A stretch of DNA of 44,282 bases from contig CAJUEF010000001.1 in assembly GCA_910585035.1 (NCBI GenBank), positions 81,846 through 126,127 on the forward strand. Direction: 5' to 3'. Source of the stretch: an uncultured Christensenellaceae bacterium. GTDB lineage: Bacteria; Bacillota; Clostridia; Christensenellales; MGBC116941. Under the pieces are notes generated by a model. It was not told where the DNA came from. It saw nothing but the letters and a program-made list of their open reading frames with translations, and did no database searches. The position numbers and the translations under genes are program-made. Positions 1 to 10,299 of the stretch are shown here, one piece after another (within the stretch, counting starts at the first letter, position 1; the number at the start of each line of letters is the position of its first letter).

Positions 1-528
1 AAATCCAAGGGGATGAACAAAACAGTAAGGTGCATGGTTGCGGGAATTCCGAATTCAGGAAAGTCCACATTTATAAACATGCTTTGTGGAAAAGGCAAGC
101 TAAAGAGCGAGGACAGACCGGGAGTTACAAAGGCCAACCAATGGATAAAGGTAGATAAGTCATTAGAAATTATGGATACTCCGGGAGTTCTCTGGCCAAA
201 GCTGGACGAGCAGAGAATTGCTTTAAACTTATCTTTTGTGGGGTCTATTAAAGATAATATTATAGATATAGAGGAGCTGGCCTGTAAGCTGCTCGAAAGG
301 CTTGGTCACGGCTATTTTGACCGTATTCAGGAGAGATACGATATATGGGAAAGAGAAAACGGAGTTGTGATGTTGGAACAGCTTTGTAAACGCCGGGGAT
401 TTATCTTGAAGGGCAATGAATACGATTATGAAAGGGGAGCAAGGATTTTGCTAGATGAGTTTCGTGGAGGCGTGCTTGGTCAAATATCCTTGGAAGAACC
501 AGGTGAAACAATCAGCACTCAAGAATAA
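1..528 (+). CDS. rbgA: Ribosome biogenesis GTPase A (YlqF/RbgA), 5'-truncated by the window edge
   Basis: The frame is open from base 1. It has the P-loop GIPNSGKST, a DTPG motif and a C-terminal helical domain typical of circularly permuted YlqF GTPases. The ylqF-rnhB synteny matches Bacillus. Confidence 0.85.
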   Translation, partial: KSKGMNKTVRCMVAGIPNSGKSTFINMLCGKGKLKSEDRPGVTKANQWIKVDKSLEIMDTPGVLWPKLDEQRIALNLSFVGSIKDNIIDIEELACKLLERLGHGYFDRIQERYDIWERENGVVMLEQLCKRRGFILKGNEYDYERGARILLDEFRGGVLGQISLEEPGETISTQE

Positions 529-1141
529 GACTGCTTTAGCTTTTGAATTTGACAAGCAGTTTTATAATGATACAATAAAGATTATTGCAGGAGCCGACGA
601 GGTTGGAAGGGGACCTCTAGCAGGACCGGTTGTTGTTGCGGCTGTAATTATGGATAATGGAACTTTAATAGAGGGAATTAGAGACAGCAAGGCAATAAGT
701 GAAAAAAAACGAAACAGCCTTTACTATGCTATATCTGACATTGCATTATCCATAGGTATTGGGTGGATTGAACCGGAGGAAATAGACAGCATTAACATTC
801 TTAACGCCACCAGAAAGGCTTTTAAAATAAGTCTTGAAAGGCTTGAGCTTAAGCCGGATTTAGTGCTTTTGGATTATATTAACGGCGTTGATACTGATTT
901 GCATTATAAGGCGTTTAAAAAGGGCGATGACACCAGCTATGTTATAGGGTGTGCTTCTATAATTGCAAAGGTTACAAGAGACAGATATATGATAGAAATG
1001 GACGAGAAATATCCCAATTACGGATTTGCCAGAAATAAAGGTTACGGAACAAAAGAGCATATGGAAGCAATTCGCAAATACGGACCTTGTCCACTTCATC
1101 GAAAAACTTTTATAAAGAAAATATTAGAGGAAATAAAATGA
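455..1141 (+). CDS. rnhB: Ribonuclease HII
   Basis: Contains the RNase HII active-site block AGADEVGRGPLAGPVV plus DSK and a C-terminal HR motif. The start is uncertain because ATG 455 overlaps rbgA by 74 nt. An in-frame TTG at 473 is an alternative. Confidence 0.85.
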   Translation: MSFVEACLVKYPWKNQVKQSALKNKTALAFEFDKQFYNDTIKIIAGADEVGRGPLAGPVVVAAVIMDNGTLIEGIRDSKAISEKKRNSLYYAISDIALSIGIGWIEPEEIDSINILNATRKAFKISLERLELKPDLVLLDYINGVDTDLHYKAFKKGDDTSYVIGCASIIAKVTRDRYMIEMDEKYPNYGFARNKGYGTKEHMEAIRKYGPCPLHRKTFIKKILEEIK

Positions 1142-1473
1142 ACGAACTGGGAAAACAATACGAGGACAAAGCTTGTAAATATCTGGAAAATAAGGGCTAT
1201 ACAATTCTTGAAAGAAATTACACTTGTATTTACGGTGAAATTGATATTATTGCAAAAGACGGACAGTATACGGTTTTTACAGAAGTAAAATACAGGCGTA
1301 ATAATGAGTTTTGCGAGCCTGCCGAAACTATAACTGCATGTAAAATCAAGCGTATCACAAGGACTGCACAGGATTATATTTCGAAGTATGGAGATGATTA
1401 TTACCGTTTTGATGCAGTTTGCTTTACAGGTGATAATGTGGAGCATATAGAGAATATAGTATATTTTGAATAA
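1138..1473 (+). CDS. yraN: YraN family (UPF0102) endonuclease-like protein
   Basis: The translation MNELGKQYEDKACKYLENKGY...GEIDIIA...FTEVKYR fits the YraN/UPF0102 pattern. I prefer ATG 1138, which overlaps the rnhB stop, over the upstream ATG 1087. Confidence 0.8.
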   Translation: MNELGKQYEDKACKYLENKGYTILERNYTCIYGEIDIIAKDGQYTVFTEVKYRRNNEFCEPAETITACKIKRITRTAQDYISKYGDDYYRFDAVCFTGDNVEHIENIVYFE

Positions 1474-1486
1474 TGGGGTGGTTTGT

Positions 1487-3007
1487 ATGCTTGCCGCAAC
1501 AAACAGTATTGGATTAAAGGGAATAGAAACTTATAAAGTGGATGTTCAGGTGGACTTATCTAAAGGTCTGCCTGCTTTTGATATTGTGGGACTGGCCGGA
1601 ACAACTGTAAAGGAATCCAGGGAAAGAGTTAGGGCGGCAATAAAGAACAGCGGTATTAATTTTCCACCAATGAGGATAACCTGTAATTTGGCGCCGGCAG
1701 ATGTAAAGAAAGACAGCTCAATATATGATTTGCCAATAAGTATAGGAATTTTATCTGCTATTGGTGAAATCAGATGTAATGATTTAAACGAATATATTAT
1801 TCTCGGGGAGCTTTCTTTAGATGGGAAAATAAACAGAGTGAACGGTACTTTGCCTATGGTAATAGGTGCGAAAGCTCTTGGATACAAAAAGGTGATTTTG
1901 CCTTTTGATAATGCTAATGAAGCAAGATTTATAGATGGGATAGACGTTTATCCATGCGGGGATTTAACTGAAGTGATGGGATTTTTAAACGGTACAAAGT
2001 TAATTAATCCGTTAAAAATGATAGCCTTTAGCGAGGTGAGAAAAGCAGGAATAAACGGTGTGGATTTTTGTCATATAAAAGGACAGCAAAGCGCAAAAAG
2101 GGCGCTGGAAATAGCTGCGGCAGGAAACCATAATGTTATGTTTATCGGTCCGGCGGGAAGTGGAAAGACAATGCTTGCAAGAAGCATGCCCTCTATATTG
2201 CCGGATATGAACTTTGAAGAAGCGCTGGAGGTTACAAAAATACATAGTATAAGCGGAGAGCTGGGAAGTGTGGGAATAATATGTGAACGTCCGTTTAGGG
2301 CGCCGCATCATGGAGTTTCTGCCGCAGCTCTTATTGGAGGTGGAAGCGGCGCCCGTCCCGGGGAGATAAGCCTGGCTCATAACGGAGTGCTGTTCTTAGA
2401 TGAATTTCCTGAATTTCAAAGACAGACAATTGAAAGCCTAAGACAGCCTCTTGAGGACGGTTTTGTGACAGTTTCCAGAGTTAGTGCCACTTGCAGGTAC
2501 CCATCTTCATTTATGCTGATAGTTTCAATGAATCCATGTCCCTGCGGAAACTATGGAAGCGATAAGGAATGTAGGTGCAGTGAAACTCAAAGAAACAGGT
2601 ATTTAAATAAAATATCAGGACCTCTCCTTGACAGGCTGGACATTGTTGTGGAAATGGCAGGAATTGCATATAAAGATATTGAATCAAAGAATAAAGCAGA
2701 AACATCAAAAGATGTGCGTAGACGTGTAAATAAAGCCAGAATTGTGCAGTATAAACGAAACGGCGGCAACAAAGCAAATGGAATGATGAATGCTCAGGAT
2801 ATTGAAAAACATATTTCTTTAGATGGGGAAACAAAAAAACTTTTAGAGGTTGCTTTTGAAAGGCTGGGTCTTAGCGCCAGAGCATATCACCGTATATTAA
2901 AGGTATCAAGAACTATTGCAGATTTAAGCGGCAGCGAGGATATTAAAAAAGAACACATTATGGAAGCTCTTTCATACAGAGGCGCTGAAATAAAGTATTG
3001 GCAATAG
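1487..3007 (+). CDS. YifB/ComM family Mg-chelatase-like AAA+ ATPase
   Basis: Has an N-terminal Lon-protease-like domain, the Walker A motif GPAGSGKT, the Walker B motif VLFLDE and a C-terminal Mg-chelatase subunit ChlI-like tail. ATG 1487 is preceded by GGGGTGG. Confidence 0.88.
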   Translation: MLAATNSIGLKGIETYKVDVQVDLSKGLPAFDIVGLAGTTVKESRERVRAAIKNSGINFPPMRITCNLAPADVKKDSSIYDLPISIGILSAIGEIRCNDLNEYIILGELSLDGKINRVNGTLPMVIGAKALGYKKVILPFDNANEARFIDGIDVYPCGDLTEVMGFLNGTKLINPLKMIAFSEVRKAGINGVDFCHIKGQQSAKRALEIAAAGNHNVMFIGPAGSGKTMLARSMPSILPDMNFEEALEVTKIHSISGELGSVGIICERPFRAPHHGVSAAALIGGGSGARPGEISLAHNGVLFLDEFPEFQRQTIESLRQPLEDGFVTVSRVSATCRYPSSFMLIVSMNPCPCGNYGSDKECRCSETQRNRYLNKISGPLLDRLDIVVEMAGIAYKDIESKNKAETSKDVRRRVNKARIVQYKRNGGNKANGMMNAQDIEKHISLDGETKKLLEVAFERLGLSARAYHRILKVSRTIADLSGSEDIKKEHIMEALSYRGAEIKYWQ

Positions 3008-3018
3008 GGTAGAAAACA

Positions 3019-4110
3019 GTGGAATACAGCGATAATGACAAAATTATATTGTGGCTTTCCATGGGGCTGGGTATAGGATCTTTTAAGTTTTTTGATTTAA
3101 TGGATTACTACGGCGATATTGATGGGATTTGGCATAATTATGATGAAAAAGATCCGGGAATTGATTTTTTATCACCTAAAGTTAAAACTGCACTTGATAA
3201 AACAAAAAATATGAGTTATGTTAATAACTGTATTAAAAAATGGAAAGAACCAAAGTTTGTTACCATTTTAAACAATGATTATCCGATGCTGTTAAAAGAA
3301 ACAGCTAATCCGCCTATAATATTATATTATTTGGGAGAAATTAGCGCCTACGACAAATGTATAGGTATAGTTGGCAGCAGAAGGTGCACAAAATATGGAT
3401 TGGAATGCACAAAAAAATTTGCAAAAGACTTGGCTGTAAGGGGAATTACAATTGTGTCCGGCGGGGCAAGAGGAATAGATACTAAAGCCCATGAAGGGGC
3501 TGTGGAAGCCGGAGGAAGGACAGTTTGCGTTTTAGGATGTGGAATTGATGTGGTGTATCCTCCTGAAAATCATAAACTGTTTTATAATATTGCAGAAGGC
3601 GGAGGGGCAATAATAACAGAGTATCATCCCGGAGAAAGACCAAATCCGTGGCATTTTCCCCAGAGAAACCGCATAATAAGCGGTATGAGCAGTGGTCTTT
3701 TAGTTGTAGAGGCAGGAGAGAAAAGCGGCTCTCTTATAACAGCAGGCATTGCTGCAGAAGAAGGAAGAGATGTTTTTTGTGTTCCCGGAAATATCAATTC
3801 GAGTACAAGCAAAGGCACTAATACTCTTATTAAAAATGGAGCCTGTTTAGTTGATTGTTATCAGGATATAATGTTTGAGTGCGGCTGGCATGTAAAAGAA
3901 AAAAACAAAGCCTTAGCCATTGACAATTTTAATAATTTAAATGATACTGAAAGAACCGTTGTAAATGCAATTATAAAAAATCAAAATATTTCAATTGATG
4001 AGCTTTGTGTAATAACAGGGATTGATATTACAGAGCTTAACAGCGTGATTACAATGCTGGAAATAGGCGGCGTTATAAGCAGGATGCCGGGCAATATATT
4101 AACTATTTAG
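3019..4110 (+). CDS. dprA: DNA-processing protein DprA (Smf)
   Basis: Has the Rossmann-fold core IVGSRRCTKYG...SGGARGIDTKAHEGA...FPQRNRIISG and a C-terminal winged-helix region. GTG start. Lies upstream of topA, as is typical in Firmicutes. Confidence 0.9.
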   Translation: MEYSDNDKIILWLSMGLGIGSFKFFDLMDYYGDIDGIWHNYDEKDPGIDFLSPKVKTALDKTKNMSYVNNCIKKWKEPKFVTILNNDYPMLLKETANPPIILYYLGEISAYDKCIGIVGSRRCTKYGLECTKKFAKDLAVRGITIVSGGARGIDTKAHEGAVEAGGRTVCVLGCGIDVVYPPENHKLFYNIAEGGGAIITEYHPGERPNPWHFPQRNRIISGMSSGLLVVEAGEKSGSLITAGIAAEEGRDVFCVPGNINSSTSKGTNTLIKNGACLVDCYQDIMFECGWHVKEKNKALAIDNFNNLNDTERTVVNAIIKNQNISIDELCVITGIDITELNSVITMLEIGGVISRMPGNILTI

Positions 4111-4121
4111 TGGAGGGCTTT

Positions 4122-6212
4122 ATGGCTGCAAAAAAAGAAAAAAAACCTTATGAGCTGGTTATTGTGGAATCACCTGCCAAGGCTAAAACTATTGGGAAAA
4201 TCTTAGGCAGTAAATACAGGGTTATAGCGTCTCAGGGGCATGTAAGGGATTTACCTAAAAGCAGGCTTGCTGTTGATGTTGAAGGCGGATTTGAGCCTGA
4301 ATACATTAATATAAGGGGAAAAGCGCCTCTGCTTAAAGAAATAAAGAAAGAAGCCAAGAATGCAAAAAAGGTTTTTCTGGCAACCGACCCTGATAGAGAA
4401 GGAGAGGCTATATCCTGGCATATTGGCAATATAATTGAGGATAAAGACGCAAAGAGAATTGAATTTAATGAAATTACAAAATCTGCTATTCAAGAAGCAA
4501 TTAAGCATCCTCGGGATATTAATACCGGAAAAGTAAACGCTCAGCAGGCAAGAAGGGTGCTAGACAGGCTTGTTGGCTATAAGATAAGCCCTATTCTTTG
4601 GGAAAAGGTTAAAAAGGGTTTGAGCGCAGGAAGAGTTCAGTCTGTTGCTATGCGTATGATATGCGAGCTGGAGGAACAGATTGATAACTTTATTAGTGAA
4701 GAATACTGGTCGCTGGATGCAAAGCTTATGCCAAAGGGAAAGAAAAAAACTTTTACAGCTCACTATCATGGAGAAGGAAATAAAAAGGTAGACCTTAAGA
4801 CAAAAGAACAGGTTGATAAAATTATTAGTGAGCTAAAGGATTTTGTTGTTAAAGAGGTTAAGAAAGGCAATCTTAAAAAGCATGCCGCTGCTCCTTTTTC
4901 CACAAGCACAATGCAGCAGGACGCTTCGAGAAAGCTTGGTTTTTCCACTAAAAAAACCATGATGGTTGCGCAGCAGCTTTATGAAGGTGTGGAAATAAAG
5001 AAGAAAGGACACGTGGGTCTGGTATCTTATATAAGAACAGATTCCGTAAGAATATCCAAAGAAGCTCAAAGCGACGCTCTTGCATTTATTGAAGCGAACT
5101 TTGGGAACGATTATGTTCCGCAAAAGCCCAATATATATAAGGGAAGAAAAGGAGCTCAAGACGCTCATGAGGCTATCCGTCCTACCGATATAAAAATAAC
5201 TCCCGAAAGTATTAAAGATAGTCTTAATAAGGACCAGTTAAAGCTTTATACTCTTATATATAACAGGTTTTTATCCAGCCAGATGGCGGAAGCAAGATAC
5301 AGCACTATTAATACTACAATATTAAGCGGTAACCACGTGTTTAAGGCAGGTGGACAAAATTTAATATTTGACGGATATTTAATAGTTTATAATGAAGCGG
5401 ATAAAGAAAAGAAAAAGGAAACTATTCCTGAGTTAAATGAAGGCGACATGCTTGACCTTAATAAGGTTGTTCCCGAGCAGCATTTTACTCAGCCTCCGGC
5501 AAGATATACAGAGGCGAGCCTTGTGCGTGCGCTGGAGGAAAAGGGAATTGGCAGACCAAGCACATATGCTCCTACAATTTCCACTATATTTGAAAGGGGC
5601 TATATTACAAGAAAGGAAAAGTCAATTCAGCCTACAGAGCTTGGGAAAATAGTTACCAAGCTGATTGTGGACAATTTTTCCGATATTGTTAATATTGAAT
5701 TTACTGCGGATATGGAAGACGACCTGGATGAAATTGAATCAGGGGAAAAAGAATGGAAAAAGGTCATAGGTGATTTTTATGTTACCTTTAAAAAGCTTCT
5801 AGAGGATGCCGAGGTAGCTATTGAAAAAATAAAGATTGCAGATGAAGTTTCTGACGTTCCATGTGATAAATGCGGTGCTATGATGGTTTACAAAGTGGGA
5901 AAATACGGAAAGTTTCTTGCTTGTCCCAACTATCCTGAATGTAAAAACACAAAGCCTATAATGGTTACTATAGACGTACCTTGTCCAAAGTGTGGGGGAA
6001 AGGTGCTGAAGCTGAAAACAAAAAGAGGCAAGCCGTTTTACGGATGTGAAAAATATCCAAAGTGTGATTTCACTTCATGGTATTTGCCGACTGATAAAAA
6101 ATGTCCTACATGTGGTAAATACATGGTGGAAAAAAATGTTAAAGGCGGAACCCAAATTATTTGTTCCGATCCTGATTGTAAAACTTCACTGCAAAAGGAA
6201 AATAAAAAATGA
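4122..6212 (+). CDS. topA: DNA topoisomerase I
   Basis: Has a TOPRIM domain (LVIVESPAKAKTI, DPDREGE), the active-site region SYIRTDS and three C-terminal CxxC...CxxC zinc ribbons. ATG 4122 follows a GGAGGG ribosome-binding site. Confidence 0.95.
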   Translation: MAAKKEKKPYELVIVESPAKAKTIGKILGSKYRVIASQGHVRDLPKSRLAVDVEGGFEPEYINIRGKAPLLKEIKKEAKNAKKVFLATDPDREGEAISWHIGNIIEDKDAKRIEFNEITKSAIQEAIKHPRDINTGKVNAQQARRVLDRLVGYKISPILWEKVKKGLSAGRVQSVAMRMICELEEQIDNFISEEYWSLDAKLMPKGKKKTFTAHYHGEGNKKVDLKTKEQVDKIISELKDFVVKEVKKGNLKKHAAAPFSTSTMQQDASRKLGFSTKKTMMVAQQLYEGVEIKKKGHVGLVSYIRTDSVRISKEAQSDALAFIEANFGNDYVPQKPNIYKGRKGAQDAHEAIRPTDIKITPESIKDSLNKDQLKLYTLIYNRFLSSQMAEARYSTINTTILSGNHVFKAGGQNLIFDGYLIVYNEADKEKKKETIPELNEGDMLDLNKVVPEQHFTQPPARYTEASLVRALEEKGIGRPSTYAPTISTIFERGYITRKEKSIQPTELGKIVTKLIVDNFSDIVNIEFTADMEDDLDEIESGEKEWKKVIGDFYVTFKKLLEDAEVAIEKIKIADEVSDVPCDKCGAMMVYKVGKYGKFLACPNYPECKNTKPIMVTIDVPCPKCGGKVLKLKTKRGKPFYGCEKYPKCDFTSWYLPTDKKCPTCGKYMVEKNVKGGTQIICSDPDCKTSLQKENKK

Positions 6213-7510
6213 CAATAATTGTTATAGGAGGCGGTCTTGCTGGTTGTGAGGCTGCCTTACAGTTAGCAAAAAGAGGTTTTAAAGTTGATCTTTTTGAGAT
6301 GAAGCCTATAAAGAAATCACCGGCTCATTCCATGGATACTCTTTGTGAACTGGTATGCAGCAATTCTTTAAAATCCACAAAGCCTGATACTGCCGGAGGA
6401 CTTTTAAAGCTGGAAATGGACATACTTGGTTGTGAACTTTTAAAGTTTGCTTCAGATTGCGCCGTTCCTGCGGGAGGAGCACTGGCTGTTGACAGGGATG
6501 AATTTTCAAAGGCAGTTACAAAAGCTATAGAAAATGAGCCTAATATAAACATTGTTCATAAAATCGTCACGGATATTCCAAATTCACCTTGTATTATAGC
6601 AACAGGACCGCTGACGGAGGATAGCTTTGCAAAGGCTATAAAAAAAAGATTTGATTCTCTGTACTTTTTTGATGCGGCTTCGCCTATAATATCTAAAGAC
6701 AGCATAAATATGGATATTGTATACAGAGCAAACAGATATGAGGATATTGGCAGCGGAGATTATTTAAACTGTCCTATGAATAAAGAGGAATATGAAGCTT
6801 TTTATACGGAACTGATAAATGCCAATACTGTTGAGCTTCACGGATTTGAAACCGCTAGGGTGTTTGAAAGCTGTATGCCCGTTGAAGTAATGGCAAAAAG
6901 AGGGCGGGATACATTAAGATTTGGACCCCTTCGCCCTGTTGGGCTGACTGATTTAAGAACAGGTAAACGTCCTTATGCAGTGGTACAGCTCAGACAGGAG
7001 GATGTATATGGGAACAGTTATAATTTAGTTGGCTTTCAGACTAATCTTAAATTTCCTGAACAAAAAAGAGTGTTTTCAATGATACCGGGACTGGAAAACG
7101 CCGAGTTCCTAAGATACGGCGTAATGCATGCCAATACATATTTAAACAGTCCAAAATATTTGGATGAATTTTTCCGTGTAAAAGGCGAAAGTAACTTGTA
7201 TTTTGCCGGGCAGATTACGGGAGTGGAGGGCTATGTGGAATCCATCTTCAGCGGAATGATGGCAGGAATAAACATGGCGAGAACTTTGGAAGGCAAGGAT
7301 TTAAACCCGCTTCCTAAAGAATGTATAACCGGAGCTCTTTGCAAGCATGTTGCAGGAGGGTCAGGCAGTTCATCCTATCAGCCTATGAATGCAAATTTTG
7401 GAATTATTATTCCTCTTGGCAAAAGGATAAAAGATAAAAAAGAAAGATATATGGAGCAGAGCAAAAGATCTGTTTCAATTTTAAAAGAGAATCGGGGGAA
7501 GTACTTTTAA
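6209..7510 (+). CDS. trmFO: Methylenetetrahydrofolate--tRNA-(uracil-5-)-methyltransferase TrmFO (Gid)
   Basis: Has the FAD-binding motif [12 protein letters not shown], the TrmFO-type block ELVCSNSLK, and [12 protein letters not shown]. The topA-trmFO-hslVU order matches Bacillus. Confidence 0.93.
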   Translation: MTIIVIGGGLAGCEAALQLAKRGFKVDLFEMKPIKKSPAHSMDTLCELVCSNSLKSTKPDTAGGLLKLEMDILGCELLKFASDCAVPAGGALAVDRDEFSKAVTKAIENEPNINIVHKIVTDIPNSPCIIATGPLTEDSFAKAIKKRFDSLYFFDAASPIISKDSINMDIVYRANRYEDIGSGDYLNCPMNKEEYEAFYTELINANTVELHGFETARVFESCMPVEVMAKRGRDTLRFGPLRPVGLTDLRTGKRPYAVVQLRQEDVYGNSYNLVGFQTNLKFPEQKRVFSMIPGLENAEFLRYGVMHANTYLNSPKYLDEFFRVKGESNLYFAGQITGVEGYVESIFSGMMAGINMARTLEGKDLNPLPKECITGALCKHVAGGSGSSSYQPMNANFGIIIPLGKRIKDKKERYMEQSKRSVSILKENRGKYF

Positions 7511-8055
7511 TGGATGAAAAGAATATGTTAAGAGGCACTACTATAGTTGCAGTAAAGAAAAACGGAAAGACCGTTGTTGCGGGCGACGGTCAGGTGACCT
7601 TTGGCCAGGCTACAATTATGAAGCATGGTGCTAAAAAGGTTAGAAGAATTTATAAGGAAAAAATCGTGGTTGGTTTTGCCGGCTCTGTTGCAGATGCGTT
7701 TACCCTTTGCGACAGGTTTGAAGCAAAGCTGGAGCAATATAGCGGAAGTGTTGTTAGAGCTGCTGTTGAGCTTGCTCAGGAATGGAGAAGCGATAAGGTG
7801 CTTCGTAAGCTTGAGGCAATGCTTATTGTTGCAGATAAGGAAAATTTACTGGTGCTTTCCGGTACAGGTGAAGTGATAGAGCCGGATGACGGTGTTGTTG
7901 CTATTGGATCCGGAGGTAATTATGCAATGTCAGCCGCCCGTGCACTATATCGCAATACGGATATGGACGCTAAAGAAATTGCGCTGGAAGCTATGAAGAT
8001 AGCCAGTGAAATATGCGTGTATACTAACGGTAATTTTACCGTTGAGGAGGTTTAA
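7510..8055 (+). CDS. hslV: ATP-dependent protease subunit HslV (ClpQ)
   Basis: Has an N-terminal GTTIVAV proteasome-beta-like nucleophile region and a GSGGNYA motif. Its start overlaps the trmFO stop (TAATG). Confidence 0.93.
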   Translation: MDEKNMLRGTTIVAVKKNGKTVVAGDGQVTFGQATIMKHGAKKVRRIYKEKIVVGFAGSVADAFTLCDRFEAKLEQYSGSVVRAAVELAQEWRSDKVLRKLEAMLIVADKENLLVLSGTGEVIEPDDGVVAIGSGGNYAMSAARALYRNTDMDAKEIALEAMKIASEICVYTNGNFTVEEV

Positions 8056-8056
8056 T

Positions 8057-9451
8057 ATGAACTGCTTATCTGCTAAGGAAATTGTAAGCAAGCTGGACAG
8101 ATATATTATCGGACAGGACGAGGCAAAAAAAGCTGTTGCCATTGCCCTTAGAAACAGGTATAGACGAAGCCGGCTGAATGATGAAATCAGAAACGAAATA
8201 ACTCCGAAAAATATAATTATGGCGGGTCCAACGGGAGTTGGAAAGACGGAAATCGCAAGGAGGCTGGCAAAGCTTACAGGCTCGCCTTTTGTAAAGGTAG
8301 AGGCCACTAAGTTTACGGAAGTGGGATATGTTGGCAGAGATGTTGATTCCATTATTCGTGATTTGGTTGAAGCCAGTATACGAATGGTAAAAGAGGAAAT
8401 GTATGAAAAAGTAAAGCTTCAGGCGCAGACCAATGCCCATGAAAGGCTCATTGATTTGCTTTTACCTGTAAAACCAAAGCCAAAGGCGGAGCAAAATGAT
8501 TTTCAGGCAGCTCTTTATATGCTTCTTCCTGCCCAGGAAAAAAAGGAAGAACTGACAGACGAAGAAAAAAGAGAAAGACTTACAGCACGCCAGCAAATAG
8601 CTAAGCAGCTAAACGACGGTTTGCTGGAGGATACAATAGTATCTGTTGAGGTTGAGGCTCCACAGGTTATGGCTCTTGATGTTATGGGAGGCGTAGGCGC
8701 TGAAATAAACCTAGGAGATATGTTCTCGGGTATGATGCCTAAAAAAACCAAGAACCGCAAAGTTAAGGTAAGCGACGCACGGGTAATTTTAGAGCAGGAA
8801 GAAGCAAACAAGCTCATAGATATGGATGATGTTACGACGGAGGCAATAAAGAGAGCAGAGCAGCAGGGGATTGTGTTTCTTGATGAAATAGATAAAATTG
8901 CAGGTAAGGGCGGAGGCAGCGGTCCTGATGTATCCAGAGAGGGTGTGCAAAGAGATATTCTTCCTCTGGTTGAAGGCTCTACAATTATGACAAAATACGG
9001 ACCTATTAAAACAGATTTTGTGCTGTTTATCGCTGCCGGCGCTTTCCATGTTGCAAAATTCAGCGACCTTATTCCGGAACTTCAAGGCAGATTTCCTATT
9101 AAGGTAAACCTAAAAAGTCTCACAAAAGATGATATGGTGCAAATTCTCAGCAAAACGGACAATGCCATAATAAAGCAATATCAGTCACTTTTATCAGTGG
9201 ACAACATTGATCTTAAATTTACTGACGACGCTCTTGACGCTATTGGGGATTATGCAATTAACGCTAATGAGGAAAATGAAAACATAGGAGCCAGAAGGCT
9301 TCACTCTATAATTGAAAATCTGTTGGAGGATATTTCATTTAATGCGTGTGGAGACCATCCTATGATGGAAGTAATTATTGACGAAGGGTATGTGAGCTCC
9401 CATTTAACTGACGATTATAAAAAGCACAATTTAAAGAACAGCATACTGTAA
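8057..9451 (+). CDS. hslU: ATP-dependent protease ATPase subunit HslU (ClpY)
   Basis: Contains IVSKLDRYIIGQDEAKKAVAIALRNR, the Walker A motif GPTGVGKTEIARRLA, the Walker B motif GIVFLDEIDKI and GRFPI. I prefer ATG 8057 (MNCLSAKEIV) to the upstream ATG 8006, which lies inside hslV. Confidence 0.93.
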   Translation: MNCLSAKEIVSKLDRYIIGQDEAKKAVAIALRNRYRRSRLNDEIRNEITPKNIIMAGPTGVGKTEIARRLAKLTGSPFVKVEATKFTEVGYVGRDVDSIIRDLVEASIRMVKEEMYEKVKLQAQTNAHERLIDLLLPVKPKPKAEQNDFQAALYMLLPAQEKKEELTDEEKRERLTARQQIAKQLNDGLLEDTIVSVEVEAPQVMALDVMGGVGAEINLGDMFSGMMPKKTKNRKVKVSDARVILEQEEANKLIDMDDVTTEAIKRAEQQGIVFLDEIDKIAGKGGGSGPDVSREGVQRDILPLVEGSTIMTKYGPIKTDFVLFIAAGAFHVAKFSDLIPELQGRFPIKVNLKSLTKDDMVQILSKTDNAIIKQYQSLLSVDNIDLKFTDDALDAIGDYAINANEENENIGARRLHSIIENLLEDISFNACGDHPMMEVIIDEGYVSSHLTDDYKKHNLKNSIL

Positions 9452-9592
9452 GTTTATGCCTATAAATGCTTTAATGAATTAATAAAAATACAAAATTATT
9501 CTAAATAATCATTATTGAATATATTTTAATATTATATTTTAGGTAAATAATAATTGAAAATATCTGTGCAATTAGTGTAAACAGGTGTTTAT

Positions 9593-9628
9593 AAAAAAGA
9601 ATGACGCTTTTTCGGTCATTCTTTTTTT
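9593..9628 (+). terminator. Rho-independent terminator ending the hslVU transcription unit
   Basis: An 8-bp stem AGAATGAC (9598-9605) / GTCATTCT (9615-9622) is flanked by an A-run on the 5' side and TTTTTTT on the 3' side. Confidence 0.7.
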
Positions 9629-9637
9629 GTTTTAGGG

Positions 9638-9666
9638 TTTAAATATTTATAAATAAATGATATAAT
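9638..9666 (+). promoter_or_regulatory. Sigma-A-type promoter for the OLE RNA-oapA unit
   Basis: The -35-like TTTAAA (9638-9643) is separated by a 17-bp spacer from an extended -10 TGaTATAAT (9658-9666). It lies just after the hslU terminator and about 5-8 nt before the first helix strand of the structured RNA. Confidence 0.5.
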
Positions 9667-9670
9667 AACT

Positions 9671-10262
9671 AATACTGGTGGTGCAGTATCCTAGTCAGTA
9701 AAGTATTATTTGAAGGCGGGCCTAAAAATTCGTCAAAGGGCACATCGATGAAGTTCCTTGTGTTGGCTGCTGACGCCCAGTCGGGAGTCGATGCTGGGAG
9801 TTAAGAAAGGTGGGCGTTCCTCAATGGCATGAGGGTGATGACCCAGTTTTCGTGGAGACCTGTATGGGTGGATGAAATGTTTAATAAAGCAAATCTACTC
9901 AGCAGGATTAAACCTGCTATGCGGCGGCAAGCTGTGTACAGTGTAGCCTGTCTTGAGTGGTAACGTGCGAATGATGGAAGCACGGTTTATTATAACTGGT
10001 ACCTAAGTAGTAAAACGATTGCCATCTGAAACCGCTATTGCAAAAGAGACTAAGGTAATGCTGAGCTGTTGAGGAAAGCTCCTAGGCTGATTATTATGTG
10101 AAGATTATAGTGTAGATTTAAGGCAGTCCGGCCCTGCCTTTGGTAACAGGGCAGTATCGTCTTTAAAGAGAAATCGCTCCTTTCGGCGACGGGGAGTAGA
10201 TGGTGGGGAAAACCTACCGGACCATATTCTGCAAAGTTTATTCATGTAATACCACCACTATT
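9671..10262 (+). ncRNA. ole: OLE (ornate, large, extremophilic) RNA; boundaries approximate (about +/-15 nt)
   Basis: A roughly 590-nt ORF-free segment that is much more G+C-rich than its flanks: 30/60 G+C at 9721-9780 versus 4/60 at 9481-9540. A long-range closing helix pairs AATAcTGGTGGT (9671-9682) with ACCACCAcTATT (10251-10262). There are many local stems. It sits immediately upstream of a small multi-pass membrane protein followed by dxs-tlyA-nadK-argR-recN, the published OLE/oapA neighbourhood. Confidence 0.8.
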
Positions 10263-10299
10263 TTTTAGGAGTATTATTTTTACATATATATTTAAAATT

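Noticed and set aside
455-528. A 74-nt overlap between rbgA and rnhB
   Set aside because: This is most likely a start-codon ambiguity for rnhB, since an in-frame TTG at 473 is possible. It is not programmed frameshifting or a fusion.
7510-9451. Absence of xerC/codV upstream and codY downstream of hslVU, compared with the B. subtilis codV-clpQ-clpY-codY operon
   Set aside because: Operon composition varies among Clostridia and these genes may lie elsewhere in the genome. I note it only as context for the OLE locus position.
9452-9592. A roughly 140-nt extremely AT-rich tract between the hslU stop and its terminator, considered as a possible sRNA or small ORF
   Set aside because: It has no stable structure, no promoter-like element and only trivial ORFs. 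This is consistent with a plain 3' UTR.
9801-9983. A 60-aa minus-strand ORF inside the hslU-oapA gap
   Set aside because: It lies entirely within the structured G+C-rich RNA segment, has no ribosome-binding site and a low-complexity, atypical composition. It opposes the uniform + strand gene orientation. It is best explained as a chance ORF in the OLE-like RNA gene.
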